This document shows positions 36,875 to 47,199 of a stretch of 64,000 bases of DNA, in pieces (position 1 is the first letter of the stretch; the number at the start of each line of letters is the position of its first letter). Source of the stretch: Geosiphon pyriformis uo1 (lineage: Eukaryota > Fungi > Glomeromycota); contig JAAOMT010000706.1 of assembly GCA_016748015.1 (NCBI GenBank), forward strand, positions 44,577-108,576, given 5' to 3'. A program made the translations under genes and the position numbers. Under the pieces are notes generated by a model that searched no databases, was not told where the DNA came from, and was given only the letters and a program-made list of their open reading frames with translations.

Positions 36875-38272
36875 ATGATGGATTCTTTCAATAAAACTAA
36901 AAAATTTTTTTTTATATTAAGTAGTCAGATTTTCCTGCTACTTTTTTTATTTTTAAATAGTTTTCAAATTCAATATGAAATATTTTCAAAAAATGAATTT
37001 TCCCTGGTTAATAGAAGTTTCGAGAAAACTTTTATATATCAACAGATTCAACATTCAATCAATGAAAATTTAAATCTTTCAATAATTTTCGAGGGAAATC
37101 CGAGAATTCATAAAAGAAATAAAACACCTAAACTATCTTCAAATCCTGCTAATCAAAACCTCCCACCTTATCCACGTAGGGCAATAGAAAATTTGACCCA
37201 TACCTATAAAACTTTAATGTTTCATATTGCACAATATGCGAATATGGCCTATTGCTCGGAAAGGCAAAAATCAAAAGGTACTTTTCTTGAATTTTTCATT
37301 TAAAATCTTGAAATTACATTAAACTTTTTTTAAAAAAAAAAAATAGTTCCAAGCTTTAAAATTGTCTATGATCAAACGTACAATCGCATGATAATTTATT
37401 TCGTTGGGGAAATGTTATCCCGTATGGAATGGGAAACTCGAAAAGTTAAACTGGCAAATATAACTTTTGAATTGTTAGAAAAAAAAGAACTACAACTATA
37501 TCAAACATATGTAGACGCAGTGTGGAATGAAGAGGTAAAAAAAATAAAAGAGGAAATGATTAAAAAGCTTGATCATTTTTTTTCGCTGAGTGTACCGTTA
37601 AATTTTGTGGGACATGGAGTTGGAGGTGGTAAGTTTCATATTTCATCTTTGAATTTAAAAATGATTATAATTTTTTAATTTTTATGAGACTCAAACAAAA
37701 ATTTAATATAACTTTTCTTTTGATAATGAAATGAAATCTAGCTTATGCCGTTCTCGCCGCTTTCTATTATCAAATTCACTGTTTTAACAATGGCTCACCT
37801 CACCAAAAAATACTAGTCACAACATTTGGTCAGCCGCGAATTGGTGATTTTTCATTTGCTATACTCCTCAACAAACTTATTAAAGTGCAAAGGATAACCC
37901 ATTCAAATGATTACGTCCCTCGCTCATTTCATCCCCCACCAAGATTTTTACACCATGATAGAGAGTATTGGATCGCACGTGATGAATGTGATTGTCTTGA
38001 CAAAATAGCACCTCTTGAGGATGGTTATTTTTATTTTGAATGCCGAGGATATCGACCAAAGTGGGGTTTAACCCACGGTGAGAATCCGGTAAATAGCCGA
38101 AATTGTTTGCTATTGCTTATATGATTTTCGAATTGGCTAAAATTACATCTATTTTTGATTTTAATTTTAATTAAAGGAATGTAATCAGGGCACAGTTGAT
38201 GATTTGGAATCATGGACTCATGTTGGTCCTTATTTTGGGGTTAAAATGGGAAACTGTGATAATCAAACGTAA
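36875..38272 (+). CDS. Lipase class 3 fold protein lacking the nucleophile serine; N-terminal hydrophobic segment
   Basis: Four exons splice in frame: MMDSFNKTKKFFFILSSQIFLLLFLFL...AQYANMAYCSERQKSK|VPSFKIV...MIIYFVGE...LNFVGHGVGG|AYAVLAAF...VTTFGQPRIGD..FA...RITHSNDYVP...HHDREYWI...GENP|ECNQG...THVGPYFGVKMGNCDNQT* (TAA 38270-38272). The start codon is uncertain. Confidence 0.9.
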
Positions 38273-39140
38273 ATTTATTTCTCGCGACTGTTTGGAATTT
38301 AATAAGAGAAGATAAAGTCGTGGTGGCGTACAAAATCTTTTAACAAAACTACCACAATATGATCAATAATTAGATTGCCTTCTAACATTAAATATATTTC
38401 TTTTTAAAATTAAATGAAATTTTGAAGAACCAATTTAAATTTATGTGAATAATATTTTGAAATCTTTTAGTCACAATTCATCTTTTTTTATTTATTAAAT
38501 AATCATAGGTAAATAACCCTTATTTATTCAATAATCAAATTATATGGTTAATAAATTTTGAAAATTCAGAAATCAAATTTTTGAAGCAAAATATCAATGA
38601 TTATTTCAAACACAAAAAGTTTTTCAATATTTCAAAATAAACCCCATCCTTATAAACTAACTTTCAAGTCTTTGTGATTTTTTAGTTCTTATTTGATTTT
38701 TATTCCCAAAGTTTTTTTCGCTGAAAACCCTTTTAATAAATGAATCATTCCTTTTGAAAAATTTAGAATTTTAATATTTTGTTAACTTAGGACAACTGAT
38801 TATTATTAACCTAAAAATATGACTTTGATATAACAGTCTTCCAGGCCTGGATTCATTTTATTCTGACGAATTAAATTAAACAGGAATTTAGTGTCACCTG
38901 AAAATTCTAATTGGATTTACATTTCTAACCCAATATATAAATAAGGAAAATATGAGTTATATTTTATTCAAAAAGTATATGTTTTATCAAGAATTTTTGA
39001 AATTGAATTCTCGAAAACATTAATACATAAATTTTATTCACAACAAACTATTCGAAAACACAATCAATTTGATTAAAACAAATATGAGAAAATCCATAAT
39101 ATTGTAAAACATCAATATTCAAGTTCGTTTTACAAATAAT

Positions 39141-40703
39141 TTAATTCTTTCCATACTTTTTTTGAGCATACTGTTCAAAGGTGGCTATAGAAGGATGCAA
39201 TTCCTTCGCAATAGAAAGATCACTAAGAGCCGCATCTTCTCCAAAGTATCCAAAATCCTTGATCCATCCATTCTGTCATATAAAAATCAAGTATTAAGGA
39301 TAATGAGTAAAAAATCAGAATTTGATATTTGATATAGATATTGACAATGAAACATTAAAGATAAAAAGTTTTCCAATCAATACCATTTCAAATATTTCTT
39401 CATTTGCCAAGTACGGGAACTCTTTGGCAGTTTCCTCTTTGGAAAGTGAGATGAATCGATGTTCTTTACCCCTCACTTGATTTTTGATGGTGGGAAATTA
39501 GTAAAATTCTTTTTAGAAATTTAGACTAGAAAGTTGGCGTCTAAGTAAAATATTAAATGTCATTTCAGTTACCTTTGGTCAAAGTTTCGGCAATTTTTTG
39601 AAAGGATATGTATTCTGCAGCGGCTGCAACCCTTTTGCCATTCCACTTCTGTGGTCCTTCTTCAATAATTTTAGCTACGATTGGCTAAAAGGGGGATTGC
39701 AAAATTGAACGTGAGAATTATTCATTAATTTAAAACCATTTTTAATAGAATTTTATATTCGAAGCTTACCCCTGTATCGTTGGAAGCATCAAAAATAGGT
39801 ATCAAAGAGTCAGCCTGAAAAATTGGAACTCTTATTTCTGCATAGCCTTCTTTATCGATCAATGGAAAGAATGCGCCAATGTTTGAAGAGTAAAAACCAG
39901 CGTAAACAAATGTAGAATTTGGAATTCCACTTTGACGAATGTATTCCTCGACTTGATTTTTTCCTGTAATGTTTATCGTAGTTCAATAAAAAACTGGCAG
40001 AATGATTTAAAAAGTTTTCATTATGTAAAAAAAAAAAAGTTTCTTAACCTGTGAAGTGAATAACATTATTGTAAAGTCCTTTTGATCCGGCGGCTGGGTC
40101 AGGAAGTGAGCTTTGTCAAAATATAATTGAAACAAAAGACGTGTAAAAAATCTTGGGTGAAATTCATATATTAAATTTGAAATTATTTTTCACCTATAAA
40201 TCAACCAATTAAGGCCGACTTTTTTTGCCGCATCTGCTACCAATTTACCCTGACGAACTTCCTCCCCTACATCGGTTCCCACGATCGACTAAAAGATCAG
40301 TCAATGAATTAATTATCACTTTTTAAATAATTGGTCATATAAGCTATCACAATTGATATATTTCAATTTCACTCACCGGATCCCAAAAATTAGTGACGAT
40401 CCATGCAACGTCAGCTCCCTTGAATGCTCGCTCCACATCTTCGCTATTTGATAAATTAGCCTTAACTACCTCGACACCTTTGGCTGCGAGAGCTTTACCA
40501 GCAGCCGAAGATGGATCACGAGTTAAGCCACGTACATTGTATTTTCCAGTGGCTAAAAGAGCATTTACTACTGAGCCACCTTGCTGGCCTATCAGATTAT
40601 TGGAAATTTAGTTGAATGGAATGAATTCAACAAATATATTAATGATTAATTTAATTCATTCACCAGTAGCGCCGCTTACAGCTACAATTGGTTTTGAAGA
40701 CAT
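39141..40703 (-). CDS. NmrA-like NAD(P)-binding atypical SDR family protein
   Basis: Multi-exon: MSSKPIVAVSGAT|GQQGGSVVNALL..YNVRGLTRDPSS..ALAAKGVEVVKANL...AFKGAD.AWIVTNFWD...EVRQGKLVADAAKK...IYSSLP...VIHFT|GKNQVEEYIRQSGIP..FVYAGFY...DTG|PIVAKI...FGYFG...TFEQYAQKKYGKN*. Confidence 0.93.
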
Positions 40704-40730
40704 GATGATGATGATGATGATGATGATGAT
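40702..40730 (+). repeat. (ATG)n microsatellite, i.e. (ATC)n in the 5' UTR abutting the NmrA-like start codon
   Basis: atgatgatg... run directly adjacent to the minus-strand ATG at 40703. Confidence 0.85.
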
Positions 40731-41573
40731 AATGATTAAGAGACTTGGAACGATAAAAAATTTCTTCGTTCGCCCAAGACCTAATATATCATAAAATTCT
40801 TTGCGGATCAACCAATCAGCATGAAACAATTCTGTCGTTATTGAATAGCATAATAATAGGTATAAAACCTGTTCGATTATTAATAATCTTGAATGGATTA
40901 GTTTTGTGTGTTGATCAAGTATTACAACATTCCAAATTATTTTATCTCAATTATTAAGTTGCTAGAAATTCATGACAAATACAAAATCGGCGGCAGATAT
41001 TTAACCATTTGAGATAAAATCACGTCATCTATTGCATTCTGAACAAAGACTTGTCCGAACTCATCTATTTTCTGGCAAATTCCAACTGGTCTTGTTAAAG
41101 AAAATATATGCAATAATTACTGAAAAAAATCTATTTATTTAATATGACCATTCTCATGTGCAGTGAGAAGAAAATAATATTGCGTTTATTGATTATATAT
41201 TAATTTAATATTCTTTAATAAATATATGTAAAATTATATTAAATTATTGTTATGTTTAATTTTTTTCATTTAATTATATAATGATTTTATCAATCAAGGT
41301 GCCATAAAATCTAGTAATAAAAATTAATTGTCAAAATTATTGAGCTTATAGCAAAAGTCATCATAAAAATAATAACTGTTCTTATATTTAAGGTTAAATA
41401 TAACATCAACTAGAATCAACATAATAGAACAAACAAGAAAACTATATTAAATCGGAACCCGAGTGAACCATTTATTCTTAATCATTGCATCGAGGTCGTA
41501 CAATTTCTAGGATCACTTGTTGATGAAACTTCAATTTAAATAATAAAACATTAAATTTACAATTAACTTACTC

Positions 41574-41646
41574 GCCTTCTTAGCTCAGTTGGGAGAGCGT
41601 TAGACTGAAGATCTAAAGGTCCTGTGTTCAATCCACAGAGGGGGCA
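41574..41646 (+). tRNA. tRNA-Phe(GAA): tRNA-Phe(GAA), intronless
   Basis: GCCTTCT-TA-GCTC-AGTTGGGA-GAGC-G-TTAGA-CTGAAGA-TCTAA-AGGTC-CTGTG-TTCAATC-CACAG-AGGGGGC-A. 73 nt, all four stems pair, anticodon GAA. Confidence 0.97.
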
Positions 41647-42835
41647 AATGCTGTAAAATCCCATAACGTAATTCATCCATTATCAGTTTTTTAATCAAGG
41701 AATTAACGAAATTATTATGGTCCGATTTTTACCAGATTGGGATTCTTGAAAATAAATTCTATTAATGAAGCATAATTCACGTGTTTCAGATTTATTAATA
41801 TTTTTGGCAAAGTTAATAAATAATATTTCTATTAAAAATTTATTTAAGATAATAAATGTTATTATAACTTATAAAGTATTTTATTATGTTAATAAGATAA
41901 TTTATTACAAAATTAATAAATGAAGAAAATTGCCATAATCAACTATCGTTGAGCTATTAATTTTAATTATCATTTGTTGAGCTATTAATTTTAAATTATC
42001 ATTTATTGACAATTAATAATAATTTATATATTCGTTTTTTTTTTAAAAAATAAATTTACATTTTTGATACTTCTATAAAGAATTATTTTTATTTTTTTAT
42101 TTTATTGTGCATACACGATGTATTTTGATTTAATTATATTTAAAGTTATAATCGATTTTTATATTTTTTATAAAATGAAAATAACTTTGAAATTTTTAAT
42201 AATGTTAATTTTTTAAAATATTTGATCAAAAATTTTACTGTATTAAAATACGGTTTTTTACAAATTTAGATAAAATTTAATTTTCATTCCATTAAACTTT
42301 TATTACAACTTAAAAAATCAAATATTTAAGAACAAGGCTATTCAAAATATTCAAAATATTCAAAACAAACACCAAATCCAAAAGCTTGAGAAACTTTATT
42401 CTTCAAAACAATGAGAAAAGATGAAAGGCATTGTCTAAATAATTTTAAGAACTGGAATGTTTCGATTAACCTAAATCAACGGTAGTTTAATTCTTTGGCA
42501 TGAAGGCGAATAAGAATTAAGTATCAAGTTCTTTGGGTGTCTGCGATTTAATTACAATTTTCATCTTAAACTGTGAAATCGGAGACCTAAATTTCTTGTC
42601 GAAAATGATCGCATACAATTTTACAGAAGCATCACTGAATGTCAATGAGCATTCTCTTTTAACTTTGCAAGTAACCCAATAAGTGCAAAAAAAAGGCTTG
42701 AAACATTTATACTATCAAAATAATTCAAGTTACATGACGAATTAGGAACCTGGAAAGATTCCTTAAACGTACCACGGTTGGGACAAGAAATTCTTGGGAA
42801 AGCATAGTTTTGTATAAAAAATATATATAAGGCTT

Positions 42836-44409
42836 TTAACTAGATGAGAACATTCGATTATAAATATTTTTTTCTTTTTGCTGTGACTGTTTTTTCGCTT
42901 GCAGGATTTTATCGTGCAAAAGTCTAAGGGTGTTATCGTTACTAGCGATCTAGATGAGATGCGGGAAATGTAATAATGAGACCGAAATTTTGTGAACTTA
43001 TTTGTTAGGACAATTTCGAAGTGTTTGAATAAAAGATACCTGTAATCCCAAATTAACCTGCTCAATGGCTTTGTCGAACTCATTTTTACCGAGTAAGGCT
43101 TGCCCAAGGCGATAGATAGCTTTTATATTCTGAGGGTCTTGCTTGAGTACCTTCAATGTACCTTTATCTTAATAAAGTTTCTTTGTCTTTGAATTAAGCC
43201 TTACAGGGAAAATTTTCTTACTTCTCGAGAAAATTCCTCAGCTTTAGCGAAATCTTGAAGGGCCAATAGACATGCAGCTGTGTTGGAATTGAGGACAACA
43301 AATAAACTACGGTATTCTTCATTGATAAGTTTTTTGGTAGGGGTCTTCAATTGATCTTTGATATTGGGTTGACGAACTACATCTGGAGAATTTTGAGAGT
43401 AATACGTAGCTTCCTCTTCTATATATCTTAGAGACTGAAAGAAAGAGGTTAAGCAACAGGTATTGATTGAAATAATAAGAAACTTATTAGATCAAATATC
43501 CCAATAGAACCTTTTTATATAACTCGATGGCTCTTTGAAATTCATTCTTTTTAAAGAATTGATTCCCCTCTTCTTTTAGTTTTTTGAGTTTGATCAACCT
43601 GTGTTTCAAGGGTTCCTGTTTTTGAGATTTTTTAAATTGGCCATGGAGATAACAAATATCAGATGATTTAATGCTATAGTAGGAATTTTACATCAGTGCA
43701 GCGCAGTATTTCGATTTCGTAGTTTATCTCTGTATGTGGTGGTATTAACGGTGGAGACCCAATTGATCCAAAAGCTAATTAAAGAGAAATAATAATAATA
43801 ATAATGAACAAGAAGTTTTGACGCGAGTCCTTCATTGAAGATATTGATCGATTGAGCGAAAACACCATAACCAAATTTTACAACTTACACTAACCATATT
43901 CCGCGGCAATTAAGACTTCAGCCTTCTCTCCAACACACATGGAATTGAGTGCCTCTTCAAGTCCACGAATCACCTGGCCTTAAGGTTTGATTGCAAGAAT
44001 AAAAGCGAATTAATCAACACAGCTTCAGTCGATCTCCTATAGAAATCAGCTCGCAAAAGAAGCTACCTGAGCCAAGCTGGAAAGTTGTAGGCAATCCTCC
44101 TCGCTCTGCAGAAGAGTCAATTACTTCTTCTTCTTCTTCTTTTTCTTCTTCTTCTTCTTCACATGATTCGTTCCGTTCAACCTTCTCGCCCCTTTTCTTT
44201 GTGACTATCTTTCCTGTATAAAGCACTGTAATAAAAAAGATGAATTTTCAAAATTCGGAATTTTGCATTCTCAATCAAGTTGAAGCAATAAGTTTTGCCT
44301 ATTACTTCCCAGAAACAAAAGATCTCGGTGCAACCGTGGGCCCACTTCCTTCTCTTATAATGCGTTTCTTGACGCCTTTATCATCAGTTATTGGTTTAAA
44401 TTCTGTCAT
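42836..44409 (-). CDS. FKBP-type PPIase domain + TPR co-chaperone (large immunophilin)
   Basis: MTEFKPITDDKGVKKRIIREGSG..FVS|VLYTG...IDSS..PTTFQLGS|GQVIRGLEEALNSMCVGEKAEVLIAAEY|AFGSIGSPPLIPPHTEINYEIEIL. TPR part LKEEGNQFFKKNEFQRAIELYKK...LNSNTAACLL...DPQNIKAIYRLGQA...EKNIYNRMFSSS*. The first intron needs a non-canonical donor (see findings). Confidence 0.9.
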
Positions 44410-45127
44410 AAGGGTTTTGATGAGAGGAATCTAACAGCTACAGAAGTTTTTTTAACTATGGGATGCCTTGTACACAACTGATTTGCTGATCACAAACGAT
44501 GAATATATAAATTGATCATCTTGAGATATCACTTATTTAATGGCCTAGTGCATGAGCCAAATTAGACGCAACAAGGTACCCTCATTTTCCAGTGATCTTT
44601 ATAGAAAGGAAAGGATAAACATTAAAGAAAATCCAACTCTGAAGCTTCTTGAGAATCAGGGATCAGATAGTTGGGCCTCGTCATGGAAATCCCATAAGGG
44701 ATCGGTCGGAAATTTGAAAATTACGGATAAGGGTACTGGAATATAAGTAGTATCTTGAGGCTATTAAAAATCGCATAAATATGGGGAATTTTATTTGAAG
44801 CTTTTATACATAAAGAAGGATAAATACGATTTTTGTCTAACAAAATTTCAAATAAAACCGTCAAATTACAACTGACTTGACCTTGGTCAAGAACGAGTGT
44901 CCATGTTCACAAAAAGAGACTCATGCAAGAATATTATTTTAAACAAAACAATTCGGAATCTAAAGGTTGATAAAATAGAAGGCAATCAAGACCAATCCCA
45001 AATGGTCATATTCTCAAATGAATATCAAAAAAATAAGATGGAAAATGCAATAAATCCACCAGGTGTCCTCCAAATACATACCATTCTCTGCTACCATAAG
45101 AGATATAGAAATCCTAAGATCTTGTTT

Positions 45128-46761
45128 TCACCTTAAAGAACCAGACTCGAAAGATCGTGGACCAGTATAGCCAATAAGCCCGAGATATTGGAGATCAATA
45201 TTATCCTCGTCACCCTCCGACCGTAATAGTTTGACAAGAACAAATTTTCCAGACCTTTTTAAGAAAATAAAATTATTTTCGAGTTACAGCTTATGAAAAA
45301 ACATCAAGGATAAAATACGCATTGAATACCGTGTCGGACTGAAAGTATGGGATGTGTAATATGTTGAAGAGTCCAAGTGAAAATACGCAGCTGGCCAACC
45401 GTCTTCTATTCTTCCATTTTCACCACTTTCTATAAGAGCATCGTAATCGGAACGGGTAAAATCGTCATATTTTGAAGTGGCTTTTAGTCAAGATTGTTGA
45501 AAACAATCAAAGAGAATTTCAGTTTTTTAAATTGTTTGACAAAAAAAATGTAAAAGTTGAATAGTTTCATACCTTCCAAAGATATGGGCTCATGGGAAAC
45601 AAAAATGAGGCCTTCTTTACCTTTAAGGGGACAAAATAATGAGATGATGCAAATTAAAATAAAGATGCATTTATAAGTAAAAAAATAATTGATTGAGGAC
45701 ATACATGGGGCAGTATAACCATGTGTCGGTGCTTTTACCACAATTTTTGTGAGGACAAAAGCTGAATCCATGACATCCTGAGTTTGATCGTTGAATCGAA
45801 GTATGATATTGATGTTGGTACTCTTTTTGGAACTAAAGAAATCACTCAATTTTTAAAATCACACCGATGTATGTATAGAACGAAGGTTATGGAATCGAAA
45901 AATGAAGTACCAACCAATACACGAGATTATCGTTTCTAAGTATATTCTCAACATTGTACGCCTCGCTGTGTAATAGAAAAGTAGATCATGTTAGGCCATT
46001 GAGACAATATTAATCATCAAAAAATGTTTCTATTGTGAGGATGTTTTGATGGAGTTCCTTCGTTAGCTCTCTTTCAAAATTCTGAGATTGTGTTGCTTAT
46101 CATGAAAATTGTATCGACGCTGAAAATAGAAGACCAGCAAAAAATTGAAGGTCTGATTTTCCAATCTGCAATTCCCTAGACCCCGAGGTATAATTTTGTG
46201 GTACAACATTTTCAAGGGAAATTGCCATCGATATTGATAACACTGAGCCATGGTCATTGATCACTATTCTCTTCTCGCTTAGGTATAAAACCTTGCAACA
46301 AATTACCTATAAAATCCACCATCACAGTATATAACGTTGAAGCATAGCGGAAACTCGCCGGTCGTATTGTATGTGTTACGCCATTTTCTCTTCAATCTAT
46401 TGTCTCGTATGGAACTTCGCCTATGCAAAGCAAGTGATCCAGCACGCGTAGGTGAAGTTTGTCGACTAGTAGTAGCGTGTTGCAAGCTCCGGGAATTTAA
46501 TAATTCGTCAAATCCTTCATTTCGACTTGAAGAACTATTATTACTTAGTGACTGAATAAAGGTTTGGAAGGTGTTTGAACGGGATAATTGGTGTAGCAGT
46601 GCTGAAGAAAAAGGCGGCGGTGGCGTTCCTGTTGTTGTTGCTGCTGGTTGAGATATTAGACTGTTTTGCGGGGCTGAATCTGAAGTTGTAGAGTTACTGC
46701 TATCACTCGACAAGGGAATCTCTGTCAGGTCTAAAAAATTATGGTTTGAAGTTACTCTCAT
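45128..46761 (-). CDS. Uncharacterised protein: Ser-rich low-complexity N-terminus plus a conserved-looking beta-rich C-terminal domain
   Basis: Exons splice in frame: ...FPLCFNVIYCDGGFY|SEAYNVENILRNDNSCYC|SKKSTNINIILRF...FVLTKIVVKAPTHGYTAP|CKEGLIFVSHEPISLE|ATSKYDDF...PAAYF...PT|RSGKFVLVKLLRSEGDEDNIDLQYLGLIGYTGPRSFESGSLR* (TGA 45130-45128). Confidence 0.85.
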
Positions 46762-47199
46762 TTCCTTTTTGAATTGTTAGATTCACAAGTAAGTTTGGTT
46801 ATTCGCTCTGTGATTTTCACTTCCAAAGTGAGTCCTGTAACGGATGGCTGTTATGTAACGTTAGTATCCCTAAGAAACTTAAAGCTTTGAAGAAAATTTT
46901 ATGGTTAAGTGTCCCGGCACTCGAGCTCTTTTTTACGCCCAAATTGACAATGTAATCGACACTTGCAAATTCTATTGACTGTGAATGATCTCCGAATCAT
47001 AATAATAGAACATCTAGTCAAATTGAAACTAGCTTGATTTAGTTCCGACTCCGACTGGATGTCGTGACTTGTCTTACTGCACATAGTTCCCATGATCAAA
47101 ATCATCACTGGGAAAGAGAACAATATTGATTGAAAACAATGCATTTAAAAGTTCATAATTGATAAAGTTGAAAATAAATAATTCAAATATTTAAAAAAA

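Noticed and set aside
40612-40794. Poly-Met ORF
   Set aside because: Artefact of the (ATG)n microsatellite antisense to the NmrA-like 5' UTR.
41574-41646. Two G:U pairs in the tRNA-Phe acceptor stem as a sign of a pseudo-tRNA or SINE
   Set aside because: All arms and A/B boxes are intact, and no SINE body or tail follows.
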